From NCBI GenBank assembly GCA_977017575.1, contig CDRNVI010000088.1, forward strand, positions 84,728-148,727: a stretch of 64,000 bases of DNA, written 5' to 3'. Below, piece after piece: positions 28,580-39,006 of this stretch. The notes beneath the pieces are model-generated. The model saw nothing but the letters and a program-made list of their open reading frames with translations. It was not told where the DNA came from and did no database searches. Numbering within the stretch: the stretch's first letter is position 1; every line of letters begins with the position of its first letter. The DNA comes from Paramoeba atlantica. Taxonomy: Eukaryota; Protista; Discosea. The position numbers were made by a program, and so were the translations under genes.

Positions 28580-28870
28580 CGGGGAGAGAGAGTGGGGTTG
28601 AAGGTTACTGTTGTGTGGATTGGTGAGAGAGCAGGGTTGAAGGTTACTGTCGTGTGGATTGGAGAGAGAGAGCAGGGTTGAAGGTTACTGTCGTGTGGAG
28701 GAGAGAGAGAGTGGGGTTGAAGGTTACTGCCGTGTGGAGGGGAGAGAGAGAGCAGGGTTGAAGGTTACTGTCGTGTGGAGGAGAGAGAGAGAGTGGGGTT
28801 GAAGGTTACTGCCGTGTGGAGGGGAGAGAGCGGGGTTGAAGGTTACTGTGATGTAGAGGGGAGAGAGAGC
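28580..28870. repeat. Minisatellite, 7 units of about 38-42 bp
   Basis: The core gggttgaaggttactg occurs 7 times, each followed by (t/c)cgtgtgga-like sequence and a variable (GA)n run. Confidence 0.95.
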
Positions 28871-29304
28871 CTGCCCGTAATCTGCTTCTGCCTCGGAGAA
28901 CCATGAGGCGGGATAATCTAAAAATAGTAAAAACGGAACTAAACGTAACGAAATAGTTTTTAAATCTAAATTGCGTGCAATGAGGTTTTAGAGTTAAGGA
29001 GTAATTTTAATCTAAATAGTGTGTAATTGGACAATAATATTTGTTTTCGACACAAATCGGATTTTGATAAAAAAAAATATGTAGGGGGAGGAATTCACTA
29101 TCTTTTCCCAGAAATGACAATTAAGTAGGAGGATGGGGGGGTGACAATTATGTAGCGGGGTATAGTACTAATAAACCTGGTAATTTAGTACGTAATACTT
29201 ACGTTCCATAGGTAACTAACGAGAATATATGAAAGGAAAAAAACTGAGCGCGTCGAGTAATGAAGTTTCCTTTTCTTAATTCTCCATTACCAGATGAAGT
29301 TCGC

Positions 29305-29883
29305 CTAACATTTTTCGCGTAGCCATGGATAATTGTCATAAAGTTTTTTTTCGCACTCTGGGGTTACAGGTTCTTTTATTTGAAAGAAACTAAGAATTTC
29401 TGTTTCTGACTTTCCCATAATAGAAGCAGCAACTGCGGCACAGCACAGATCTCGTAAAGGTAGCAATATGAGAAAGTTTGCGGCTTTCAGAACTTTAAAT
29501 AACTGTGAGTTTTTAGATTCGTCTCCATTTTCTAATAAACGAGTTTTATAAAATTCGTAGTCCCATTCGCTGAGTACGTCTTGCAGTTTAGCCCGAAGAG
29601 GTTTTTCGATCTCCTTCAAAGGATTCGCCTCGTGATAAGTTTGAAAATCGAAAACACATTGCAATGTGCGGGATTCCATGTCTGGAAGCGGTATTTCAAG
29701 TCCGTCATTTTCCATTTCCATGAGTATATTTCGAATTACGGGGCTTTGCTCTAGCAATCGCTTATGGACCAAATATTTTCTATTTTCCTTCGTAATCACA
29801 ACTGCGTGATCAATACATTCAAGATCTGTTGGGAGATCCTTAATCTCAGTCATTGCTGAGAATACTTTTTCGGCGGATTCCAT
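29305..29883 (-). CDS. SKP1: SKP1-family protein
   Basis: LLEQSPVIRNIL, IPLPDMESRTLQCV, LFKVLKAANFL, LRDLCCAAVAASIMGKS, YPWL. Confidence 0.92.
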   Translation of the reverse strand: MESAEKVFSAMTEIKDLPTDLECIDHAVVITKENRKYLVHKRLLEQSPVIRNILMEMENDGLEIPLPDMESRTLQCVFDFQTYHEANPLKEIEKPLRAKLQDVLSEWDYEFYKTRLLENGDESKNSQLFKVLKAANFLILLPLRDLCCAAVAASIMGKSETEILSFFQIKEPVTPECEKKLYDNYPWLREKC

Positions 29884-30070
29884 ATAAAAGAAATGAAAAT
29901 GTTACGAGCTTTCTAGCTGCAGAAAATTGATAAAAAATATAATGGCACAGAAACAAACGTTCTTATATTTTTTATCTGTAAAAGTAAGGAGACCACTGAT
30001 AGCACTCTATCAATTGGAATAATACTGAGAGGAAGTCAGAAAATTATAAGTCGGTTATTTTCTGTTTAAG

Positions 30071-32008
30071 TTAAATGATCCACCTCGTCCCCGAGCAAAA
30101 CATAAGAAAATGACTCACGAAATACAACATCAGAATAAAAAACTGCTCTACATCATTATCTCTTTCTAGTCTCGTTCTAAATAATAGAGCACAGCGGAAC
30201 ACGGGAGAATATTTCAATGATTTTATCTGAAACGCTCCTTCAGATCTGTTTTGTAGATGGTATCCACGCGCGGAGTAATACGTGCGCACCCCGACGCCGC
30301 TGATCACTGCAATAGAAGAAAAACAGAAATCCCGTGCAATGGCTTCTGCCGCCGCAAGGAGTCCTTTTCCAAAACCCGTGTGTTGGGGGAGTGAAGCGTG
30401 CTTGGCATATGTCTTCACAAGACGACCATAGACATGGAGTTCACGGATCAACGCACACCCACGCAACTCAGGAAAGGCATCTTCACCGGCAGTGCGTGTC
30501 AAACGGAGACGGAGAAAGCCATAGAGCGTATCGGTCTCAGGCAACTCATAGGAGAGAAACACCTCCAATCCTTGTTGGGCAATGTAATCCCGTCGTACCA
30601 ACACGGCCTCGTGTCGTTTGCTAAGTGCCTGGGCGTCGGTACCCACCTCACGACAGCGAATACAGCGGCAGTGACGACCGGCCGCGTGCAATCGACTCTC
30701 CAACGACTGCCGAAGATTCCCACAACAAGTGCCTCCCAGGACATACTCGGCGGGAATGTCTCGAATCACACGATTCAGCCGAATCCACGGGTGAACACGC
30801 TGCTTGGCATAACAAATAACGTCAATCAGGTTCTCCAGGCCGTAGGGACGGTACTTGCCCTGCTCAAACCACTGCTGGATAAGCGTCCAGGGAGTGATTT
30901 GACATGGGTAAATCTTCCACTGGTCCGCCTGTAAGTCGCTGTTGTACAAGAAGTCGTCAAACATAGCCTTATCCCCCTCCGGGGTGGCCCCGGGGAGATC
31001 CGGCATAATATGAATGTCAATCTTGAAACAAGCGTCTTTTAATAAACGAAGCGCTCGAACGGCGTCTGCCCTGGTGCTTCCTCGATTCACGGCTTGCAGG
31101 ATATTATCATCGGAGTGCTGCACACCAAGTTGAATACGCGTGCACCCGAGCTGCCGCAGCCGACGCACCATCTCTGGGTTGATTGTGTCAGGACGTGTCT
31201 CAAGTGTTATGCCAATGACACGAACACTCTCGGTTTCATTGAATCGTTTCTCGGCCTCAAGTGACTCACGCCGTCGTGTTGGTTTTGCATAGGTGTTTGC
31301 AGCAAAGAGCACATCGCGAATAAAAGTCTCTTGATATTCCATAGGATAGCTCTCCCAGGTACCGCCCAAAACAAGGACCTCCACCTTGTCAGGGGTATGG
31401 CCTATTTCAGTCAAGGTGCGGACCCTTTCTTGGAACTGTACGATGGGGTCAAAATCCAGACGATTCGCCCGCCGAACTCCTGGTTCATTTAATAAATAGC
31501 TGCGGGGTTGCCCGGGCTCATTAGGACAATAATGACAATTCCATTGGCATGAAAATCGTTGTTTCACCCCGTTAACCTCAGGATACGGTGAGGTAAACAC
31601 AGTCACGACCAAAACTCCGCTGCTGCTTCGTGTAGATTTCTTGATAAGATAGTCGTCCAAAATCTCGTGATGAGAAATGCTCCCTTTTTGAAGTAACGCT
31701 TGATATGTAGCCAGAAGATTCGCCTTGCTGCAAGCCTTTTTGTATTGCTTCCGAAGACGCGGGATTTCACGATCAATTGCCTTTTTAGAAGTTGGATTTC
31801 GAGATATGAGCTCCGTAACAATAGTTTGGTATATTTCGACGTCTTCTTCGGGAACTGAGGCTTGATAAGGAGCCTCCTCCTCTAAAAGTTGTTGCAAATT
31901 TGGAAGTTTCTGTATTTTAGATGTAACGATAGCTTCTTCATATTCATCAAGATACATGTGAGGAGCCTCATTGTGACCCCTTGAAGCTAAATCTTCAATG
32001 TCAGCCAT
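30071..32008 (-). CDS. ELP3: Elongator ELP3 (radical SAM + GNAT acetyltransferase)
   Basis: CQWNCHYC, LGGTW, GITLETRPD, QLGVQH, HIMPDLPG, KIYPC, CRCIRCRE, IRELHVYG, QHTGFGKGLL, VISGVGVRTYY. Confidence 0.96.
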   Translation of the reverse strand: MADIEDLASRGHNEAPHMYLDEYEEAIVTSKIQKLPNLQQLLEEEAPYQASVPEEDVEIYQTIVTELISRNPTSKKAIDREIPRLRKQYKKACSKANLLATYQALLQKGSISHHEILDDYLIKKSTRSSSGVLVVTVFTSPYPEVNGVKQRFSCQWNCHYCPNEPGQPRSYLLNEPGVRRANRLDFDPIVQFQERVRTLTEIGHTPDKVEVLVLGGTWESYPMEYQETFIRDVLFAANTYAKPTRRRESLEAEKRFNETESVRVIGITLETRPDTINPEMVRRLRQLGCTRIQLGVQHSDDNILQAVNRGSTRADAVRALRLLKDACFKIDIHIMPDLPGATPEGDKAMFDDFLYNSDLQADQWKIYPCQITPWTLIQQWFEQGKYRPYGLENLIDVICYAKQRVHPWIRLNRVIRDIPAEYVLGGTCCGNLRQSLESRLHAAGRHCRCIRCREVGTDAQALSKRHEAVLVRRDYIAQQGLEVFLSYELPETDTLYGFLRLRLTRTAGEDAFPELRGCALIRELHVYGRLVKTYAKHASLPQHTGFGKGLLAAAEAIARDFCFSSIAVISGVGVRTYYSARGYHLQNRSEGAFQIKSLKYSPVFRCALLFRTRLERDNDVEQFFILMLYFVSHFLMFCSGTRWII

Positions 32009-32631
32009 TTATAGGTATCGAAGAATATAACGAAAAAATACCAATAGTGTTTTCCAATAGTGCATTAGAAGACGTACATTCTAGTTGTCGTAATCCTAAG
32101 AATGCTAAAATAGTAAATCCAATGGTAGAACTGAGGTATTTCTGTGCCACTTAAATATACAATAAAGGTTATCAGCACACATTCAGCTGATAAAAAATCA
32201 ACGCATGCATACCAATTCAGTGGCACAGCGAAGTGAGCTGACTCCGGAGCGCACAGATGCTTGAATCCGTATTCGTATCAAAAAATCGTATAGTCAAAAT
32301 AATATTGTCATCAATGCAGCCCAAATCTAGCAAAACACTTTACTTACTTTAAAACGTTATACGGTCTTATCAACAATAGTACTCAAAAATTTCATCAATA
32401 TGGAAAAATCCCGAGCTTCTACTACTCAATCGACAGCCCATGTTAAACGCGTACTCTGTTGAAAGAATAAATTGTTGAAAGATAACCGCCTAAATAACCG
32501 CGCTCCATGTATAGAAACGCTCTTCCATAGTGATAAACTACATAATATTTTATTTAGATATCGTTCCTTTTTGTTTTTGATCTGAATGCCGAACGTATGA
32601 ACGTTCGTTCAATATGATATATGAAAACGGT

Positions 32632-34254
32632 CTACAACTTAGCGTTGACTTGGTAATCTTGAGGATTCACTGATCGAAGCGCCGGATCCGCCTTGGCCTC
32701 GTACTTCTTAAAATTCTCACGGAACATACGAGCCAGTTTGTTGACCTGTTGCACATACGCCTTCTTATTCTTCCATGCGTTGTACGGGTTCAAGATTTCA
32801 TTCGGCACGCCTGGGCACGATTTGGGAATACGGAAGCCCCATCCCGGCATCACCTCGTACCGTGCCTTGACGAGACTACCGTCATGAATCGCATCCAAAA
32901 TCTTCCGCGTCCAGCGAAGCTTGATGCGAGGGGCTTGCCCGGCGGGACCCTGCACCCAGCCCGTGTTCACCAACCAGCAAGGGACATTGTACTTTTGCAG
33001 ACGCTCAGCAAGCTGTTTAGCGTACACCGTGGGGTGCCACACAAGAAACGGTCCTCCGAAGCACGCACTGAAGGTGGGGGTGGGTTCGACAATCCCCATC
33101 TCCGTACCCGGTACCTTTGCGGTGTACCCACTGATGAATTGGTACATCGCCTGGGGCTCCGTAAGCTTGCTGACGGGAGGGAGGCATCCAAAGGCGTCGT
33201 TCGTCAGAAGGATGATATTCTTTGGGTGACCCCCGACGGCGGGAAGCTTTACATTGTCGATGTGGTGCAGCGGGTAGGAGCAGCGCGTGTTTTCTGTGAT
33301 ACTCACATCGTTGTACTGCACCACCCGGCCGTCATTCAGCACAACATTCTCCACAACACAGCCGAACCGAATCGCGTTGAAGATGTCGGGCTCATTGTCC
33401 TTGGAGAGCCCAATCGCCTTGGCGTAGCACCCCCCTTCGACGTTAAAGATCCCGTGATCGGTCCACACGTGCTCGTCGTCCCCGATGAGCTTACGATGGG
33501 GATCGGCAGAGAGCGTAGTCTTTCCCGTCCCGCTGAGTCCAAAAAACACGGAGACATCACCTGAGACGCCCTCGTTGGCACTGGCATGCATGGTGAGCTG
33601 CCCCGCCTTTGGCAGGGTGTACATCATCAGAGTCAGCACCCCTTTCTTCATCTCCCCGGCGTACTCGGTACCCATAATCACCATCTCGTTACGGCGAAAC
33701 GAAAGCCCGACCATGGTCTGGGACGTGACGCCACGTTCCAACTTGGACTGCGTCCACTGGCCGGCGTTGTAAATCACAAAGTCCGGCTTGCCGAAATTCG
33801 CCAACTCCGCGGGGGTGGGTTCGATGAGCATGTTCTTCATAAACAGCGCGTGGTAGGCCCGGGTCGTGATGATACGCACTTTCATACGGTAGAGCGGATC
33901 CCAGCCGGTGTAGCAGTCGGTGACAAACAGGTGATCCCGGGTGTTTAGAAAATCCACCGCGCGCTGGACGCTGGTCGCGAAGTTTTCGGGCTCGATCGGG
34001 ACATTGACTTCACCCCACCACACGTCCTTCTCGTAGTCCTCGTCGCGACACACACGCTTGTCTTTGGGGGAACGTCCGGTCTTGACGCCGGAGAGTACGC
34101 TAAGGGCTCCAGTGCTGGTGACTTTCGAACTCGGGGTGGTGCGGACTTCGTACTCATAGAGTGTTGCGGTGGGAGCGTTGTGAACCAGCTTCATCCCGTA
34201 GCGAATACCCAAGTCGTGGATGTAGTCGAGCGTGTGGCGTGGTTTTTTCGACAT
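32632..34254 (-). CDS. PEPCK: ATP-dependent phosphoenolpyruvate carboxykinase with PTS1 (glycosomal type)
   Basis: KTGRSPKDKR, GTEYAGEMKKG, MHASAN, FFGLSGTGKTTLS, LIGDDEH, EGGCYAK, TENTR; C-terminal AKL. Confidence 0.97.
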   Translation of the reverse strand: MSKKPRHTLDYIHDLGIRYGMKLVHNAPTATLYEYEVRTTPSSKVTSTGALSVLSGVKTGRSPKDKRVCRDEDYEKDVWWGEVNVPIEPENFATSVQRAVDFLNTRDHLFVTDCYTGWDPLYRMKVRIITTRAYHALFMKNMLIEPTPAELANFGKPDFVIYNAGQWTQSKLERGVTSQTMVGLSFRRNEMVIMGTEYAGEMKKGVLTLMMYTLPKAGQLTMHASANEGVSGDVSVFFGLSGTGKTTLSADPHRKLIGDDEHVWTDHGIFNVEGGCYAKAIGLSKDNEPDIFNAIRFGCVVENVVLNDGRVVQYNDVSITENTRCSYPLHHIDNVKLPAVGGHPKNIILLTNDAFGCLPPVSKLTEPQAMYQFISGYTAKVPGTEMGIVEPTPTFSACFGGPFLVWHPTVYAKQLAERLQKYNVPCWLVNTGWVQGPAGQAPRIKLRWTRKILDAIHDGSLVKARYEVMPGWGFRIPKSCPGVPNEILNPYNAWKNKKAYVQQVNKLARMFRENFKKYEAKADPALRSVNPQDYQVNAKL

Positions 34255-34541
34255 TTTTGAAGTGTGGGGTTGTAGTTACAAGTGTAAAGGGTTTAGTAGT
34301 GTTGCGGAGGTTAAGTGAACTGTTTGAGTGCAACGTTTTATAAACACTGTCATACACTGCAGGCTACTGTATACTTCGTATGATTTGTGTAAGAGTAAAA
34401 TGTAGAGCTAAATGTAAAATCAATAAAAACAGCAAAACAGGTGTAAGCAACTCTTTTGCGACAAAAAATGGAGTCCAGTTCGAGTGTGCTTTTGCTCAAT
34501 AGTCGCCCAAGACTTTAGCATGTTAAATAATCACTCGATCC

Positions 34542-37526
34542 TCAAACTTCGGCTAATTCCGCTTGTTGTAAATCTTCAACACAGAGAAGAGCTTCTCGTA
34601 GTTCTGCCGCGAACAGAGATAGCGAATAAATGACGGCATGAACTCCCTCCGCTTCTTCACTTCGGATAGGCATTGGCTGATGCTTAGGATAAGGAGTCGA
34701 AAACTGAGTCGACTCACAAAGATCATCGTCATCTGGCTTCATGCTAATACTCTGATGTCCAAGAAATTCGGTACATGATAGAAACGGTTTCGAGGATTCA
34801 ATCTCATCCTTCACACTTCCTTGAGAATGTAGATCTTCCACACTCGATAGCTTCGTGGAGCTGCCTGCTTCTTCTGCCACATTTTCAAGCGCATGTTGTA
34901 TCATGCCACGTAATTCTCTGTCACGGTAGTGACGTAGAACATTGATCAGTTCCGTAAGCTTTGTAGAATGCGAAACAATTTCCGAAGCCAATGCCGAATG
35001 TTTCTTAAGAAGGGATATTATGAGCATGCATACTATGGACTTGCAGTGCTCCCCGATTTCATTCCCAACAGGTTCCAAGGTGGAAAGTATCGAAATCGCA
35101 GCTTCAGAAAGATGATGTTTTTCATGACATTTTCCGTTGATTATTCCCTTTTGGATTGCTGCGTAGTTTGGTCGGAGTACAGAATTTCGTCGCAATACTA
35201 TTTTGTCTTGACTAGGGGATCGGTACTGCATTTTTTCGGATGATTGTACTTCTTGTACAGAGGGAACGCTAAACATAAGTTTCCATGCTGCACTGCTCGT
35301 TTCCAAGATTGCATGCATGTTTAGAAACACACGGTGCAGCTTGCCACTTGAGTACACAGGGTACGGTGTGCGTCGCATATCTGGTTCATCTTCTGCCAGA
35401 GAAAGCCATGTGCTCTCCAGCGCCAACGATTTTTTCATAGCAGACAGAGACGTTTCCAAGTCGCAAATGGAGCTTAGACGCTTGCCAAAGACCGCCAAAC
35501 AAGAAGACAGAGATGCTGCTAAGTGCTTCATTGTAATCGTTCTTTGAGCAATAAGTTCAGCCCTGGCAGAAGTGGGGAAGAGGAGTAGAGAAATAACAAT
35601 GTATATCATGACAGAAAACGTGTTTTGCATGATACGTACAATAGCCTCATCTGTGTCTATGCCCGGTGTTAGCATCCCAACAAGAACAAAGCAACCGTAA
35701 AAAGCAGCAGTTCCGTAAGCCTTCCCAGTTCGTGCCAAATTAAATGCGAACAATGTAACACAAGATGCAATAACTAGCCCAGTCGTTGAGTGCACAAGGG
35801 AACCGGCTGAGAAACCTATAACTGCACCCATCAGTGTGCCAAAAAGACGTTGAGCTGCTCCTACAACAGCGGACCCAGGATCATCAGAAGCAACGAAACA
35901 TACGATGGTAGGCCCCGTGAGCCACGCATAACGCGGACTATGCATGGCAAAAAAGGCGACAGAAAGCGTTAGCGCTAGACTCGTCTTAAAAGACTCTTTC
36001 AGACGACGAAGGTCGTGATTCGAATATTGGAATGTAACATAGCGAAAGATTCTATCGATCAAATCCTTGGGACCCTTCAGAAGATAGGTTTTCCAAAGCG
36101 GTAGGCATTTAGGACGTTCCTGCTTCGACGAACGTATAGCGAGTAATACAGTGCAGAATGTCCGTACATGAAAGTTGAAAAAGTTAATAAGCGCATTATT
36201 TTCAACTTCTTGAGGAGTAGGTGGCCTTCCCAAACCGTAATTAATTCTTCGGCGCCCATCCAGAATTTTATCTTCGAATCGATCGAGACAAGTCTCCAGC
36301 GAGGAAAGCTTCAGGTCAGCATCTTTTAAGGACCCTGTTTCACCAAGCCCAAAGCAAATAGCCTCAGCGTCACGGACAAGGTCTTTCAGCGGAATGGAAA
36401 GCGTATTTGCCCAGGCCTCCATTCGCCGAGAGTTTAACACTGCATCCGACACTTGCGACAGATTCTCCACAACTCGTAGCATAGAGAGCAATATCTCGTT
36501 TAGTTGTTCGAAAACATACCTCTTGGATTCGCGTTCTCTGGTTGTATGCAGCAGTTCAGGCTCCGTCATGGAGTCTTTGCTACTCTCCTGCAACTCGTGA
36601 AAATTTTGCTCGAGCGCCCTCTTTGCAAATCGAAAGCGCACGAGATTTACGTTTCGATCCATATTTTTTCCACACCAAAATGAATCGCAAAGCCCAGCAA
36701 AGCACAAACTAATATCTCTTGAGATGGCATGAAGTGTTGTATCAACTTCCTGGGTCGCCCGGCGCGGATAGGGAAAAAATTGAGCAAACACTCCGAAGCC
36801 GACTCCAAGGAAGAACTCGCTTACCAATCGGGAAGTTAACCAAACATCTTCCACGCCGGCCTCCATTGTTCTGTAGTGTCCAACGCATGAGACAGTCAGT
36901 AACAACAAGCTAATTCTCTTACAACGATCGTCTATGCACAATGCACCGAAAATGAACGTCAATAATGCATAGGCCACACCCCATAGTAGTCCGTTTTGAT
37001 GCAGATTGAGAAGCGACACAGCTGTTCCCACGGGAAGAACAAACACGGCACCGCTTAGAGTGTGAAACAAGAAACTTACGGTCTCACCAACCGTTGCCCG
37101 ATATCCCAAAATAGAGCCCATAGTCATGATTGGCGTAGAAGTAAAACAATGTTTTGTCGCTTCTAAATTAAGCAGCAGTGAAGTCGGTAATATGCATAAA
37201 AGAGCCACCCGCAGAGCAAAGTCTATTTTGCCCCAGAAAAATCGATTGCTCAGAAACCCAAAGATTGGAGTGCTGTCAGCAGAACCAACGGCACGCAAAT
37301 CCCACGGAACGCTGTGCTCAACGGAATTATCTAGAATAGGTGAATTCTTCTGCGAATTTGCTGCATGATGAGGCGAATCTGGAGACAAATTCCCTTGTAT
37401 ACTGTCACATGCCTTGAGAGCAGATACGTTGTGTATTGGAATCACAGTTTCGGAGTCGAGACTACGGACTTCACCACTTTCTCGAGGTTGTGTCTCGAGG
37501 ATGGTTTCTTTTTTACGGGTTTCCAT
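34542..37526 (-). CDS. FUSC/ALMT (aromatic acid exporter superfamily) membrane transporter
   Basis: Two multi-TM blocks, each followed by a helical domain; FKTSLALTL...GPTIVCFV...GSAVVGAAQRLFGTLMGAVIG. First ATG at 37526. Confidence 0.8.
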   Translation of the reverse strand: METRKKETILETQPRESGEVRSLDSETVIPIHNVSALKACDSIQGNLSPDSPHHAANSQKNSPILDNSVEHSVPWDLRAVGSADSTPIFGFLSNRFFWGKIDFALRVALLCILPTSLLLNLEATKHCFTSTPIMTMGSILGYRATVGETVSFLFHTLSGAVFVLPVGTAVSLLNLHQNGLLWGVAYALLTFIFGALCIDDRCKRISLLLLTVSCVGHYRTMEAGVEDVWLTSRLVSEFFLGVGFGVFAQFFPYPRRATQEVDTTLHAISRDISLCFAGLCDSFWCGKNMDRNVNLVRFRFAKRALEQNFHELQESSKDSMTEPELLHTTRERESKRYVFEQLNEILLSMLRVVENLSQVSDAVLNSRRMEAWANTLSIPLKDLVRDAEAICFGLGETGSLKDADLKLSSLETCLDRFEDKILDGRRRINYGLGRPPTPQEVENNALINFFNFHVRTFCTVLLAIRSSKQERPKCLPLWKTYLLKGPKDLIDRIFRYVTFQYSNHDLRRLKESFKTSLALTLSVAFFAMHSPRYAWLTGPTIVCFVASDDPGSAVVGAAQRLFGTLMGAVIGFSAGSLVHSTTGLVIASCVTLFAFNLARTGKAYGTAAFYGCFVLVGMLTPGIDTDEAIVRIMQNTFSVMIYIVISLLLFPTSARAELIAQRTITMKHLAASLSSCLAVFGKRLSSICDLETSLSAMKKSLALESTWLSLAEDEPDMRRTPYPVYSSGKLHRVFLNMHAILETSSAAWKLMFSVPSVQEVQSSEKMQYRSPSQDKIVLRRNSVLRPNYAAIQKGIINGKCHEKHHLSEAAISILSTLEPVGNEIGEHCKSIVCMLIISLLKKHSALASEIVSHSTKLTELINVLRHYRDRELRGMIQHALENVAEEAGSSTKLSSVEDLHSQGSVKDEIESSKPFLSCTEFLGHQSISMKPDDDDLCESTQFSTPYPKHQPMPIRSEEAEGVHAVIYSLSLFAAELREALLCVEDLQQAELAEV

Positions 37527-37907
37527 AGACACCGTGAATAATGAGTAATTTATCTCTCACTCTAAGAGATGAAAAATTTGAGTGACTAAAAGCAACATAA
37601 AAATTGACGATCCGTATCCCAAGTAATCAAGATTAAAATTAACATGCGTGCCTATGTACAATGAAAGTATCGAAAAAAATTACAGAAACCGTAGCTTCAA
37701 TGCTAGTTGAGAGTGGCTAAGCAAAGAAAAAAGATTTAATGTATGTACGCACCTATCGCTGCTAAAATTATCAGTGAGTAAAAATAACAGAATATCTCCT
37801 TCACATAATGTTATTAGCTATAAAGGAGTTCTATATAAGGAGTTCTATACTAGGCCAAGTAGAACCATTATGCAGTATTGGCCTCGAATCAAGATAGCTT
37901 TCGTTCT

Positions 37908-38738
37908 TTAAGGTTTGTAGACGCCAGCCACAAGTGCATGACCTCGTTCAAAAGGTTCCAACGTCACTTGCTCTTTCGGTCGCAGTTTCTCCTTTTTTAA
38001 TTTTGCAACCTCAGAGGCAAAGACCACTTCTGGCTCTGCGGTGCTATCGACGCAGTTCGCCTTGATTGAAATAGCAAAGCCTCCCCCACTTTTCAGAAAA
38101 TGTTTAGCATTCAAAGCAATGATTCGAGCCTGATCAGGTTGTGCTACGTCCATAAAGATAGCATCTACAAGTCCGGGGATCAGCATTCGATATTTCCACG
38201 GGTGACGCGCGTCTTCAACTATGGGCACAATATTCGGTCGATGCTTTGACATTTCCTCTAGATCCCTTCCGCATCTTAATGAGAACTCGACGGCATACAC
38301 TACTCCTTCCGAGCCGACGACATCACTGACGTGCGAAACAGTGGTTCCGCTGGCAGCTCCCAGATAGAGCACCTTCTCTCCCGGAGCGACGTACATTTTT
38401 TCTATGCCGTTGTAAATACCCGCCGCGAGCTTTGACCGGTACGGATTCCACACGCGAAATTCCGTGTTAGCCTCATCCTCCTCCTGTAACTTTACATTTA
38501 TTTTCTTCTCTCCGTATACATTTACCCCGGGGACCTGACTCTGAGTGCACAGTGCCTTACCCCCGGAAACGAACACCCCGGGAAAGCGATGGTGAGCACT
38601 GATTTCCGCACTTTTAGGTTTCCCCATGGAACCTCCGCGACCGCGACCTGAACCCCTACCACGTCCTCCACCAATCCCGCCTCGGGCACGACCCCCTCGC
38701 ATAGGTCCACCTCCTCGGCCCATAGGTCCTCCTCTCAT
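37908..38738 (-). CDS. NOP1: Fibrillarin (rRNA 2'-O-methyltransferase)
   Basis: RGG-rich GAR domain, [53 protein letters not shown]. Confidence 0.97.
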   Translation of the reverse strand: MRGGPMGRGGGPMRGGRARGGIGGGRGRGSGRGRGGSMGKPKSAEISAHHRFPGVFVSGGKALCTQSQVPGVNVYGEKKINVKLQEEDEANTEFRVWNPYRSKLAAGIYNGIEKMYVAPGEKVLYLGAASGTTVSHVSDVVGSEGVVYAVEFSLRCGRDLEEMSKHRPNIVPIVEDARHPWKYRMLIPGLVDAIFMDVAQPDQARIIALNAKHFLKSGGGFAISIKANCVDSTAEPEVVFASEVAKLKKEKLRPKEQVTLEPFERGHALVAGVYKP

Positions 38739-39006
38739 GAAAATCTCGTGCTAAGAATGCAAAGGTGAAATACTAAGGTACAGTTTTAATGGAAAGACAC
38801 GGAACAAGAAGAGTGTACGTGTACGTTATGATAAGGTGCAAGGATAAAGACTAGACACAGCAAAAAGAGCAGAAAATAGTTCTTTCGGTGGGAATAGTAA
38901 TTCTTTTAATTAACACAATTTAATTGAGATACACGGCATGATAAAAGACCGATACTGTATGTGGATAACGTATAAATGCATATTTCTGCGAGAGAAAATT
39001 TGCGTT

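Noticed and set aside
28580-28870. CRISPR array
   Set aside because: The sequences between the cores are near-identical (GA)n variants rather than unique spacers; no cas genes; eukaryotic context.
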